A stretch of 64,000 bases of DNA from Candidatus Omnitrophota bacterium (GTDB lineage: Bacteria; Omnitrophota; Gorgyraeia; JABMRG01), in NCBI GenBank assembly GCA_028716165.1, contig JAQUQI010000007.1, positions 1,191 through 65,190 on the forward strand, written 5' to 3'. Numbering within the stretch: position 1 is the first letter of the stretch; each line of letters begins with the position of its first letter. Position numbers and translations under genes: made by a program. Below are positions 21,723 to 31,115 of the stretch, in pieces. Below the pieces are notes generated by a model. The model had not been told where the DNA came from, searched no databases, and worked only from the letters and a program-made list of their open reading frames with translations.

Positions 21723-22388
21723 ATGTTAACCAGGATATTGAAGATATCGCTCGGGGTATTGGCACTGCCGGTCTGCTTCGGGGTATCATTAAGTTTATAC
21801 CGCCACGTTGCAACCTTAAGTATTTTTTCATTGTATCAGCAAAAATATTTTTTATTTGGTATTATCGCGTATTTTGTATTTCATGCCTTGGTCATTAAGC
21901 CTCTGTATCCTTTTGTTTTAAGCCATGAACTGACGCATGCCATAGCCGCTTTGCTTACAGGGGCGAAAGTCAGGTCCATACAAATATCATCCAAAGGCGG
22001 CAGTGTGTCGGTTTCCAAGAATAATGTGTTTATCGCGTTAAGCCCTTATTTTGTTCCTTTATATACGATAATAATAATTTTATTATGGTTTGCCGCGGAA
22101 CGGGTTTTAGGCAGTGGGCCTTATCAGGGATGGTTTCTTTTTGCCGCCGGTTTTACGCTGGCTTTTCATATAGTTCTTACCGTTGATTTTTTGAAAACCA
22201 GGCAGACAGATCTCCAGTATGCCGGTTACCCGTTGTCGGCATGTTTGATTTATATTATTAATCTGGTTGTAGTGGGTTTTGTATTAAGTTTTTTATTTCA
22301 GGGCCTTGTATTTTCCAATTTTTTAAAAGACTCTTATATGATATCCGCGGACGCATATAAGGAGATATTCAAACAACTGTTCTTGTAA
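21723..22388 (+). CDS. polytopic membrane protein with an HExxH motif (putative membrane metalloprotease)
   Basis: Five to six predicted TM helices. SHELTHAIAALLTG contains HExxH. Confidence 0.45.
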   Translation: MLTRILKISLGVLALPVCFGVSLSLYRHVATLSIFSLYQQKYFLFGIIAYFVFHALVIKPLYPFVLSHELTHAIAALLTGAKVRSIQISSKGGSVSVSKNNVFIALSPYFVPLYTIIIILLWFAAERVLGSGPYQGWFLFAAGFTLAFHIVLTVDFLKTRQTDLQYAGYPLSACLIYIINLVVVGFVLSFLFQGLVFSNFLKDSYMISADAYKEIFKQLFL

Positions 22389-22475
22389 TTTGCATAGCAG
22401 GCTTTCCCGGGATTGGGTTTGACAACAATTTGAGCCTTTGGTATATTATAAAGGCTAAATATCAGATTATCACGC

Positions 22476-22564
22476 GGAGGAGTGGCAGAGCTGGTTGATC
22501 GCGGCGGTCTTGAAAACCGTTGTACCGAAAGGTACCGTGGGTTCGAATCCTACCTCCTCCGCCA
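22476..22564 (+). tRNA. tRNA-Ser: tRNA-Ser (anticodon TGA)
   Basis: Acceptor ggaggag/ctcctcc, anticodon loop cuUGAaa, a long variable arm and CCA. Confidence 0.8.
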
Positions 22565-22840
22565 GCATATTTGATTGCAAAGCGAGGATTTTGTCAGCGA
22601 ACCCGCGATTTGCCTAGTGAGAGGCCTATCCGCGTAAAGTATCCTCAAAACTTTCAGTCAGGTATTCACTAATAATGCGCGGGCCGGAATTCGTTTGCTT
22701 TTTGAGCTATTTTTTGGTATAAATACATTGCCGGACGGGCATACCCTACCCTTGCGATCAAATTAATGGGGATGAACCTTATTATACTGATGCCGTTTGG
22801 CATCAGTTTTTTATTTGATGCTTAAAAAGGTATGCGTTGC

Positions 22841-22930
22841 GGAGAGATGGCTGAGTGGTTGAAAGCGGTCGCCTCGAAAGCGATTAGGCCTTTACGGGTC
22901 TCGGGGGTTCGAATCCTCCTCTCTCCGCCA
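22841..22930 (+). tRNA. tRNA-Ser: tRNA-Ser (anticodon CGA)
   Basis: Acceptor ggagaga/tctctcc, anticodon loop cuCGAaa, a long variable arm and CCA. Confidence 0.8.
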
Positions 22931-22990
22931 TTCTGCTTCGCTCAAAGCTTTTCAGCTTTGAGCTTCGCAGGAATTGGCGAAGCAGAATGT
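22931..22990 (+). terminator. nested inverted repeats immediately after tRNA-Ser(CGA)
   Basis: ttctgcttcg…cgaagcagaa encloses gctcaaagc…gctttgagc. Confidence 0.35.
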
Positions 22991-23048
22991 CTCTGCGTAG
23001 CCCTACCGGCTATTGCTTGTTGAAGGGCGAAGTAGGACAATAACGAAT

Positions 23049-23291
23049 ATGTATATAGTTTATATACTTATCAGTAAAAAATATCCAGATAGAATTTATA
23101 TCGGCCTGACTGAAGATATTTCCCGTCGAGTAGAGGAGCATAATGCCGATAAATCATCTTATAGTCGTAAATATGGGCCTTGGGAATTAACGACATATAT
23201 AACTTTCAGTCAGAAGAAAAAAGCTGTTGAATTTGAAAGATATTTAAAATCCGGATCAGGATTTGCGTTTTTAAAAAAACGGTTTATTTGA
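23049..23291 (+). CDS. GIY-YIG domain nuclease (small stand-alone)
   Basis: Translation MYIVYILISKK…IYIGLTEDISRRVEEHN matches GIY-YIG. It lies adjacent to tRNA genes. Confidence 0.7.
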   Translation: MYIVYILISKKYPDRIYIGLTEDISRRVEEHNADKSSYSRKYGPWELTTYITFSQKKKAVEFERYLKSGSGFAFLKKRFI

Positions 23292-23308
23292 AATGCCAGT
23301 TTTTGAAG

Positions 23309-23532
23309 TATTGCAGGCGTCCTATTTGGAGACACCCTGCGTGCTCAATCACGTTCAATGGAAATACCTCACGTGTCATCCAGAGCGGCAGGAGGCGAGG
23401 CCAGAATAAGCCGCGAAGGATCTGGAAGTGAAGTCAGTATTAGATTCCTCGCTTCGCTCGGAATGACAAGGTGGACGCTCGGAATGACAAGGTGGACGAT
23501 CGGAATGACAAAGGCGGCGCTTGAAATGACAA
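23309..23532. repeat. mosaic palindromic repeat cluster A
   Basis: Left module attgcaggcgtcctatttggagacaccct…, then a tgtcatccagagcgg…gcgaaggatctggaagtga unit, then attagattcctcgcttcgctcggaatgaca and 3–4 further (c)ggaatgaca repeats. Confidence 0.85.
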
Positions 23533-23609
23533 GTCTTAAAAAGTTACACCGTGTCTTACAAGATAGGGGCAACGGTTCTTACAAAAATCAAAACGTCTGT
23601 AATAATAAA

Positions 23610-24182
23610 ATGCCGGAAAAACAAAAAAAATATATAAGCAGTTTTGATTTGCATGATTCGGCCATTGTTTTTAAGTGCCTTGGTCTTAAGATAGGGGATG
23701 GTTTTCTTGATATTGGCTGCGGCGAGGGCGATTATTCTATGCAAGCCGCTAAATATGTGGGCACAAAAGGGACTGTTTTTGCCCTTGATAAGCGGGCCGA
23801 TATCGCGGACCATGTTTTAGAAAAAGCCCGGGAACAGGGGTTTGCAAATCTGAAACCTTTAGTTTCCGATACAGCGCATGTCCTGCCTGTCGCGGATGCT
23901 ATTATTGACGTATGCCTGCTCGCTATGGTTTTACATATACCGGACGTAAGACGGCACTACAAAGAGATGTTCAAACAAATAAATCGGGTATTAAAGCCGT
24001 CCGGCAGGTTGGCGGTTATTGAGATGAAAAAAGAACAAACACCCTTTGGCCCGCCGCGCGCCCTGCGATTGTCCGTTGAAGATATTGAGGGCATGGCGTC
24101 CCCGTTCGGGTTTTTAAAGACATCTTATGCTGACTTGGGTTACAGCTATATTGTTAAGTTCGCATTGAAGGAAAGGCCATAG
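23610..24182 (+). CDS. class I SAM-dependent methyltransferase
   Basis: The SAM-binding motif LDIGCGEGDY is present. The ORF-track N-terminal extension from 23358 is read through repeat cluster A, so the start is placed at MPEKQKK. Confidence 0.7.
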   Translation: MPEKQKKYISSFDLHDSAIVFKCLGLKIGDGFLDIGCGEGDYSMQAAKYVGTKGTVFALDKRADIADHVLEKAREQGFANLKPLVSDTAHVLPVADAIIDVCLLAMVLHIPDVRRHYKEMFKQINRVLKPSGRLAVIEMKKEQTPFGPPRALRLSVEDIEGMASPFGFLKTSYADLGYSYIVKFALKERP

Positions 24183-24245
24183 CCTGTTTTTTGGATTATT
24201 TTTGTCAGTTATTCGCGGAACCTGTCTTAAGAGGCAACAGCTTAA

Positions 24246-25121
24246 ATGAAAAAGATATTTATATTAATTCCAATTTTAATATTAGTAAGCCTTTGGATAT
24301 TTTATTTTTTTAACATAAACTTTAATGCCCGCACAGATAAAATATCGCTTGCTGATAGAGAGCAATACGAGCATGGTTTTGTCCTGCCAAACGAACAAAG
24401 TGTTGGGCCCAGCTCTTCAGAGGATACTATGGAGGCTGAAAATTTTTCAGATACCCCTGCCGCGCCCGAGACCGAAGAGCATGCCGTGCTGTTGCCCTTT
24501 GCTCCGAGTGAAACGCTTGTTTATGATGTGTATTGCGCCGGCGTTAAGGCAGGCAGTTCGGTTCTTAAATTTCTTGGCGAAGAAGAACTTGACGGCGAAA
24601 GGGTTTATCATATGACCTTTGAAACGGAACTGCCTTTTTTAAAAGATTATGAAGATATATACGCGCATAAAGGTTCTTTTTTGCCTCTTAAAATAAAAAG
24701 AATAGTCCATAAGATGGGGGGCATATCAACCGAGGAGATTGAAGAAGAGTATGACCAGGATAAATTCACGGTCACGATAAAGAAGAAAAGCGCGTTTTTA
24801 TCCGGCAAAGACATTATGCAGAAAGAAGGTTATATACACAACGCGATACTGCTGACATATCTTTGCCGTTCCGGCGAGGATATAAACATGAACGAATATT
24901 CAAAAGTTATTTTACCAACGCAGGAATTTAGAATCCGCTTATCCGGACAAAGCGAAGAAGACACGCCTTCAGGCCGGTATATTGCCGATATATTTACAAG
25001 TGAACCTTCCAAATTCACATTCTATCTTAGCAGAGACAGCCAAAGACTGCCTGTTAAGGTTACCAGCCACACTTCCCTGGGCTACACAATGACACTGCGT
25101 TCGGTTGAAAACCGCCCATAA
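24246..25121 (+). CDS. secreted hypothetical protein (DUF3108-like)
   Basis: Signal/TM N-terminus. Weak similarity to the downstream DUF3108-like ORF. Confidence 0.45.
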   Translation: MKKIFILIPILILVSLWIFYFFNINFNARTDKISLADREQYEHGFVLPNEQSVGPSSSEDTMEAENFSDTPAAPETEEHAVLLPFAPSETLVYDVYCAGVKAGSSVLKFLGEEELDGERVYHMTFETELPFLKDYEDIYAHKGSFLPLKIKRIVHKMGGISTEEIEEEYDQDKFTVTIKKKSAFLSGKDIMQKEGYIHNAILLTYLCRSGEDINMNEYSKVILPTQEFRIRLSGQSEEDTPSGRYIADIFTSEPSKFTFYLSRDSQRLPVKVTSHTSLGYTMTLRSVENRP

Positions 25122-25138
25122 GGATACGGTTATTTTTT

Positions 25139-27022
25139 ATGCGCAAAATACCATTGATCGGTTTTTTAAAAGATGCCTGCCGGCAGGAAAACTTTGTTTT
25201 TTTTGACACAGGCCGTTTTGACAAAGATAACAGGCGAAGTTACCTGTTTGAAAAACCTATTGATATTATTTCCTGCTACGACAGCAAGCTGTTAAGGTTA
25301 AGCATAGACAAAATTGAAAAAATGCTTAAAAACGGATACTATGCCGCGGGTTTTTTATCATATGAAGCCGGCCTTGCCCTGGAGCCCTCACTTTGGCGGA
25401 ACAGGGTCTACGATTTTCCTCTGCTTTGGTTCGGCGTGTTTAAAAAGCCGGTTATTTATGACGGCAAAAAGGCGCGGTTTAGCGATGAAGGCTTTGCCGG
25501 CCAAGGTTTGGGGCTTTCTGATATAAAAGCAGATACCGCAAAGAAAGAATACATACGTTCAATAGCAGATATCAAGCGCCGCATAGAGGAAGGCCTGACG
25601 TATCAGGTAAACAGAACGTTTAAGCTAAAAAGCCGTTTTAAGGGCTCTGTTCCCAAGCTGTATGCCGGCCTGCGCCAAAAACAGAAGGTTTCCTACGCGG
25701 CTTTTATTAAATTCGGCAAAGGGCATATACTTTCTTTTTCGCCGGAACTTTTTTTTAGATTAAATAACGGGCTTATAACTGTAAGGCCCATGAAAGGCAC
25801 CATGCCCAGAGGCAGGTCACTGAAAGAAGATACCCGTAATGCCCGCCTGCTTTACGGGTGTCCCAAGAATAGAAGTGAAAATATAATGATAGTTGATCTT
25901 TTAAGAAATGATCTTGGCAGGATATCGCGCGAAGGTTCTGTCCGGGCGCGTGATATTTTTGAAATAGAAAAATATGAAACGTTATTTCAAATGACATCAA
26001 CGGTGAAGGCGAGGATAAGGCCGGAAATTTCATTATACGAATTTTTTGCCGCGGTATTTCCATCAGGCTCTGTTACCGGCGCTCCGAAGATACGCACCAT
26101 GCGCATAATAGACGAAATAGAATCGTCTGAAAGAGGAATATATACAGGCGGCATAGGCTTTCTTACGCCGGATAACAGCGGTATTTTTAATGTGGCTATA
26201 CGCACCATGTTTCTGAACAAGGCAACCGGCAAAGCGGAGATGGGCATAGGCAGTGGTATCGTGTATGATTCAGACGGTGATAATGAATACGAAGAATGTA
26301 TTCTGAAGGCAAGTTTTCTTACGGAACGGCCGGCCGGTTTTAGCCTGATAGAGACCATGCTATGGCGGCCCGCGCGCGGTTTTACACTTTTAGGCTTGCA
26401 CTTAAAGAGGCTTTCGGAATCAGCCCGTTATTTTGATTTTATATACGAAAGAAGGGCTATCGTAAAGTATCTTAAAGACATATCAAGCTCATTTGACAGA
26501 ACAAAAGATTACCGTGTTAGACTGCTTCTGGCCAAAGACGGCAGGCCAAGAGCGGACTATTCAATTATACGCGAAGATAATGCCCCCAAGCAGGTTATTA
26601 TATCGGCAATAAAGACAAGGTCATCCGATAAGTGGCTGTTCCACAAGACAACAAACAGGAATGTTTATGAAAGTGAATACAACAAGCATAAAAAGCTCGG
26701 TTACTATGATGTTTTGTTTTTGAACGAAAAAGGCCAGGTCACTGAAGGGGCCATATCTAATGTATTCATTGAAAAAAACAACACCTATTATACGCCGCCT
26801 CTTGAATGCGGCGTTCTCAACGGAGTATACAGGCGTTTTCTCATCGCAAAAAGCGGGTTAGATATTAAAGAAAAGGTTATGTATCCGGAAGATCTTTTAA
26901 AGGCTGACAATATCTATTTGACAAATGCCGTAAGAGGCATGGCAAAAGTTTGTCTTAACGTTAAACCTAAAGGTGTTTGCGATAGGCTTCGCCAAACGGA
27001 TAAGGAGTGTGCCTGTGTTTAA
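25139..27022 (+). CDS. pabB: aminodeoxychorismate synthase component I fused to an aminotransferase class IV (ADC lyase-like) domain
   Basis: Chorismate-binding motifs SPELFF and GSVTGAPK are present. The C-terminal about 250 aa resemble PabC/IlvE. Confidence 0.8.
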   Translation: MRKIPLIGFLKDACRQENFVFFDTGRFDKDNRRSYLFEKPIDIISCYDSKLLRLSIDKIEKMLKNGYYAAGFLSYEAGLALEPSLWRNRVYDFPLLWFGVFKKPVIYDGKKARFSDEGFAGQGLGLSDIKADTAKKEYIRSIADIKRRIEEGLTYQVNRTFKLKSRFKGSVPKLYAGLRQKQKVSYAAFIKFGKGHILSFSPELFFRLNNGLITVRPMKGTMPRGRSLKEDTRNARLLYGCPKNRSENIMIVDLLRNDLGRISREGSVRARDIFEIEKYETLFQMTSTVKARIRPEISLYEFFAAVFPSGSVTGAPKIRTMRIIDEIESSERGIYTGGIGFLTPDNSGIFNVAIRTMFLNKATGKAEMGIGSGIVYDSDGDNEYEECILKASFLTERPAGFSLIETMLWRPARGFTLLGLHLKRLSESARYFDFIYERRAIVKYLKDISSSFDRTKDYRVRLLLAKDGRPRADYSIIREDNAPKQVIISAIKTRSSDKWLFHKTTNRNVYESEYNKHKKLGYYDVLFLNEKGQVTEGAISNVFIEKNNTYYTPPLECGVLNGVYRRFLIAKSGLDIKEKVMYPEDLLKADNIYLTNAVRGMAKVCLNVKPKGVCDRLRQTDKECACV

Positions 27023-27836
27023 AAAACCCATCATATTTTTAATTGTCATATTAAACTGCGCGGATATTTTCGCGGGCCAGAATTTTACCCCCGCCAATAT
27101 AAAACAGGAACAGTTTTATGACAATGAAATAATAATTGAACCTGCCGCGTTAAAGTTTCCTGAATATGAGAAATTATTTTACACGGTAAGATGGCTCGGC
27201 ATACCCGTAGGGGCTATCACCGCCTCTATAAACGGCATAAAGCAGATAAACGGCAGACAGGCGTATGAATTAGAATTGACAGCAAAGACAAATGGTTTTT
27301 GTTCGGCTATATACAGGATAAATGACAGATTTGTTTCTTATGTGGACACGGAAAAATTTTATACATTGCGCCATGAAGTTTATAGAGAAGAGGGAAGATA
27401 TAGAAAAGACGCTGTCACTGATTTTGACTATACCGCCAAAAAAGCCCGCTTCAAAAATATGCTGGATAAGTCGGAAAAGGTATTTGATATACCTGACGGC
27501 ACGCAGGACACATTAAGCGCCTGCTATTATTTCAGGCTTTTAAATATTGATCTCGGCACAAGAGTCGGGTATCAGGTATGCAGTAATGAAGATATGTATG
27601 AGCTTTTTGGTGTGGTAGAGTCAAAAAGATACGTAAGAGTCCCCTGCATCGGTAAAGTGCCGGCTTTTTATATACAGCCTTATGCCCGTATAAATGAAGA
27701 AGAAGTCAGGAAGGGAAGAGTAAGCGGATATTTTAGCGCTGACTCCAGAAGAATCCCTCTTCTGGCGGCGGTCCAAGCCCCTGTTTTTACCGAGATTACG
27801 GCCCAGCTTGAGCGCGCGGACTATGGACAAAAATAA
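26973..27836 (+). CDS. DUF3108-like secreted protein
   Basis: Signal peptide, then YELELTAKTNGF…YTLRHEVYREEGRYRKDAVTDFDY typical of DUF3108. Confidence 0.5.
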   Translation: MFAIGFAKRIRSVPVFKKPIIFLIVILNCADIFAGQNFTPANIKQEQFYDNEIIIEPAALKFPEYEKLFYTVRWLGIPVGAITASINGIKQINGRQAYELELTAKTNGFCSAIYRINDRFVSYVDTEKFYTLRHEVYREEGRYRKDAVTDFDYTAKKARFKNMLDKSEKVFDIPDGTQDTLSACYYFRLLNIDLGTRVGYQVCSNEDMYELFGVVESKRYVRVPCIGKVPAFYIQPYARINEEEVRKGRVSGYFSADSRRIPLLAAVQAPVFTEITAQLERADYGQK

Positions 27837-27918
27837 GAATGGGTTGTATAATATGCCGTATAATGAGACGGTCATTTAGGAGCAATAAGTTTTGGATAAA
27901 GTTTTTTAAGATAATCGC

Positions 27919-28008
27919 GGAGAGGTCGCATAGCCCGGTTGAGTGCGCCTGCTTGGAGAGCAGGTAGGCCGCAAGGCCTCCAGGGTTCGAATCCCTGCCT
28001 CTCCGCCA
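27919..28008 (+). tRNA. tRNA-Ser: tRNA-Ser (anticodon GGA)
   Basis: Acceptor ggagagg/cctctcc, anticodon loop uuGGAga, a long variable arm and CCA. Confidence 0.8.
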
Positions 28009-28072
28009 TTGTTGACGCTCAGGCGAACCTTACGAGTGGAAATAGCAGGGTTCGCTAAGAGCATAAGGTGGT

Positions 28073-28660
28073 GTGTTAATGAAAAATAAGGCAGTTTATA
28101 TTATTGCTGGGCCTAATGGGTCAGGAAAGACAACTTTTGCGAAATTGTTTTTGCCTGATTATGTGAATTGCCCTAATTTTGTAAATGCTGACCTTATTGC
28201 TCTGGGGTTGGCTCCATTTGAGCCGCGAGCAGCCGCTATTAAGGCTGGCAATCTTGTACTGTAGCAAATTGATGAATATGCCAATCGAGGCGTTGCTTTT
28301 GCGTTTGAGACGACTTTGTCTGGCAAATCCTACGCAAGTCTACTTGCCGAATTAAAAAAGAAAGGTTATGCGCTTCATCTTTTTTTTCTTTGGGTACCCA
28401 GCCCGGAATTGGCGATAGCTCGTATTAAAGATAGAGTTGCAGAGGGCGGGCACAATGTTCCCGTTGAAGATGTGCGCAGGCGATTCTCGCGCGGCATCAA
28501 TAATTTCTTCGCGCTATACGAATCATTATTTGATTCTTGGATGTTGTTTGATAATTCAAAGGCAAAACCTATATTAATCGCGAAAAGACGAAATGGGCAT
28601 ACCGAAGTGCTTAACAACGAATTATTTGCCCATGTTCAGGAAAGTAGAGGTAATAAGTGA
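28073..28660 (+). pseudogene. zeta-toxin/AAA-family P-loop kinase interrupted by an in-frame TAG
   Basis: ORFs 28073–28264 and 28316–28660 share one frame. The P-loop GPNGSGKTT lies N-terminal and a zeta-toxin-like C-terminus follows. The single TAG is at 28262–28264. Confidence 0.65.
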
Positions 28661-28668
28661 AAAAACGA

Positions 28669-28809
28669 ATGTCTTTACAAGATAAAGCCGAAGCGGCATT
28701 GAAAAAAGCGGTACGGGGGGTTGTGGAGCGGCACAGAAAGTCAGGTCGTCCGCTTGTGGTATGGGCAAATGGAAAAACTGTTCGCATTTCTCCAAATGCG
28801 GTAAAGTAG
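28669..28809 (+). CDS. small basic ORF (46 aa) overlapping the end of the zeta-like gene
   Basis: Translation MSLQDKAEAALKKAVRGVVERHRKSGRPLVVWANGKTVRISPNAVK. Not in the ORF track. Function unknown. Confidence 0.3.
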   Translation: MSLQDKAEAALKKAVRGVVERHRKSGRPLVVWANGKTVRISPNAVK

Positions 28810-28899
28810 CCATCGGAGAACGTATATGAATTTTGAAAATATTGGCAGTATGCTAACTTTGTTAGGAGTTGGCGGTTTGTTGGGTAGTATCTTAGGATT

Positions 28900-29247
28900 T
28901 TGTGGGAACGAAGAAACACGGCTTTGCTTCAGAAGCAAGAATTTAAAGAGACTCGCTATAAGTGCATAATCATTCTCATGCTTTCATACTTGGATTTCGA
29001 TAAGAATAAAGCAATGTTGCAGAAACATGGCCGTGAATATATCCGAACGCCTCAGGATTTAAAGGATGAGCTTATAATGGAACTAAATAACATGATTCTT
29101 TTTGCTTCCGGAGAAGTTCTTGATTCTATGCAAAGATTTATTAAAATGCCTTCTCAGCAATATTTTCATCACGTGGCAATTGCTATGCGAAAAGATTTGT
29201 GGGGTGGTAGCATTTCAATGAGGCAATTGGAAGGAATCAGCTTATAA
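28900..29247 (+). CDS. hypothetical protein
   Basis: ORF only; no recognisable motif. The real start may be internal. Confidence 0.3.
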   Translation: MWERRNTALLQKQEFKETRYKCIIILMLSYLDFDKNKAMLQKHGREYIRTPQDLKDELIMELNNMILFASGEVLDSMQRFIKMPSQQYFHHVAIAMRKDLWGGSISMRQLEGISL

Positions 29248-29438
29248 GCATGATTCGGCGTGAATTTATTTGACTTTGACATTTTGCTGTTTTCACAAGT
29301 AGTTGTATTTCTTGATGTTGTAGGGTTCGCCTACCGTCCACGACTGCCCGCCAGATCTTAGGCAAACCCTTCCGACGGGGATGGCGGGTAAAAACGCCCA
29401 CACTAATTATAGACGCGAAACCTAGAAAGGATGAGAAG

Positions 29439-29774
29439 ATGATTGCTTACTGCGGATTAGATTGTTCAAAGTGTATTGGTTTTCTTGCAACACAATCATG
29501 CGATGCGGGAAAAATTGCTGAAGCTGCCAAGGCTTGGTCTGTACAATTTAAAGCTGATGTCAAGCCGGAGCACGTTTTATGTGATGGATGCAAAGAGGGC
29601 GGGAGAAAATCTTATTATTGCGGGAATCTGTGTAAAATAACCAAATGCTGCCGGGCAAAGAAGATAGAAACGTGTGCTGAATGCAAAGATTATTCTTGCG
29701 CGGATCTCAACTTTGTTTTAGAGCATTCTGTTGAAGCAAAAAATAACCTTGAACAGTTAAAAAAACATGTTTGA
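29439..29774 (+). CDS. Cys-rich DUF3795-like protein
   Basis: CGLDCSKC…CDGCKEGG…CAECKDYSC follows the DUF3795 cysteine pattern. Confidence 0.55.
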   Translation: MIAYCGLDCSKCIGFLATQSCDAGKIAEAAKAWSVQFKADVKPEHVLCDGCKEGGRKSYYCGNLCKITKCCRAKKIETCAECKDYSCADLNFVLEHSVEAKNNLEQLKKHV

Positions 29775-30268
29775 TGAATAAGGAAAGAAACTACAAATTG
29801 AAGCCGGTACAAATTGTGGAAGCATCAATTGAAGATGCCGAAAGAATATTGGATTTGCAGAAATTGGCTTTCCAGAGAGAAGCCGATCTTTATGGCGATT
29901 ATGATATCGCTCCGCTCAAACAGACGTTGGATGAAATACGCGCAGAATTTAAAACACACGTGTTTCTCAACGCTGTTGACGCTGGAGAGATTGTTGGGAC
30001 AGTCCGGGCTTATGAAAAAGAAGGGACGTGTTATATCGGAAGACTTGCTGTCGTTGCCAATACGCAGAATCTGGGCATTGGCACAACTCTTATGAAAGCG
30101 ATCGAAGGTTGTTTCAAGCCCAAACGATTTGAACTCTTCGTCGGTTCAAAGAGTGAAAAAAATAAGCATCTTTATCAAAAATTGGGGTATTCGTTTTTTA
30201 AGAAAAAGCCGTACGGTTGCGGCAGTGCGATAGAAATATTTTATATGGAAAAGAACCTTAAGTCTTAA
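29771..30268 (+). CDS. GNAT family N-acetyltransferase
   Basis: The acetyl-CoA motif RLAVVANTQNLGIGTTLM is present. Confidence 0.7.
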   Translation: MMNKERNYKLKPVQIVEASIEDAERILDLQKLAFQREADLYGDYDIAPLKQTLDEIRAEFKTHVFLNAVDAGEIVGTVRAYEKEGTCYIGRLAVVANTQNLGIGTTLMKAIEGCFKPKRFELFVGSKSEKNKHLYQKLGYSFFKKKPYGCGSAIEIFYMEKNLKS

Positions 30269-30386
30269 GGTATAATTCTTGACAGTTGGCAATGGGTTTA
30301 TCTAAATACAAAAAGAAGCGTAAAGCCTGTAAGAGTAATTTTGGCAGACGGCATTATAACGGATCTTAAAGCTTTAAGGAAAAATA

Positions 30387-30818
30387 ATGACTGTAAAATT
30401 TAAGAAGATTACTCCTGATCTGATGGTCAATGATGTGGCTAAAGCGGTAAAGTTTTATGTTGATAAACTTGGCTTTAAACTTGACATGCTTGTCCCGGAA
30501 CACGAAAAAACTATTGTGACAAGTATCATTGAAGGCAAAAAATATGCTTATGCAATGGTCAGCCGGAATGAGGTGTTTGTGATGTTTATGCGTAAGGATG
30601 AGTATGAGATAGATATCCCGGCGCTCAAAGGCGCGGCTATTGGCGCATCCGCGGCTTTTTATTGCGATGTAGATAATGTTAAAACGCTTCGGGATTCCTT
30701 TAAAGAGAAAGGAGTCTCTATTATTAAAGATATTTCCATAACCTGGTATGGGATGAAAGAATTTTATATTAGGGATTGCAATGGTTATATTCTCGGTTTC
30801 GCCGAGCAAGCTAAATAA
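30387..30818 (+). CDS. VOC/glyoxalase-bleomycin resistance family protein
   Basis: A 143-aa protein with the VOC fold pattern at the N-terminus (DVAKAVKFYVDKLGFK). Confidence 0.6.
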   Translation: MTVKFKKITPDLMVNDVAKAVKFYVDKLGFKLDMLVPEHEKTIVTSIIEGKKYAYAMVSRNEVFVMFMRKDEYEIDIPALKGAAIGASAAFYCDVDNVKTLRDSFKEKGVSIIKDISITWYGMKEFYIRDCNGYILGFAEQAK

Positions 30819-31029
30819 TTTTAAAAATGATTAAGGCGCGGGAATAGCTCCTTTTATCATCCGGAGTGGCGGAAGGCAAGTCAAGCTTCGTTAGAGAGGG
30901 ATCTAATCAGGTCGGTAGACGTCTATACAAATCTTCACTTGCGTTTCCAACACGTAGGGTATTGCCAAATAGGAGGATTGCATGAACCTGTGATACATCA
31001 TGAGTATGGGGGTGCGGGAGAAAATATTC

Positions 31030-31058
31030 TTGACAGGAATAAATTTACATGTTATTAT
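31030..31058 (+). promoter_or_regulatory. candidate promoter of the toxin–antitoxin pair (TTGACA-17 bp-TATTAT)
   Basis: TTGACA at 31030–31035, a 17-nt spacer, then TATTAT at 31053–31058. Confidence 0.45.
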
Positions 31059-31115
31059 TCTGATTAAGAATTGGTAATTTAACATTATAGGCGAAAATGA
31101 AGAAGGATATTATCA

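Noticed and set aside
23358-23609. N-terminal extensions of the methyltransferase (23358) and HEAT protein (42539) proposed by the ORF track
   Set aside because: The extensions read through repeat cluster sequence. Internal ATGs with a Shine-Dalgarno at 23610 and 42662 begin the recognisable domain or signal peptide.
28262-28264. TAG in the zeta-like gene read as a sense codon or programmed readthrough
   Set aside because: TAG is used as a normal terminator by conserved genes in this window. No suppressor tRNA is evident. A pseudogene is the simpler reading.
29300-29438. TPP riboswitch on the minus strand (weak cctaagatctggcgggcag resemblance to the TPP P4/P5 region)
   Set aside because: It lacks the CUGAGA element and proper P2/P3 arrangement. 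No minus-strand gene lies downstream.
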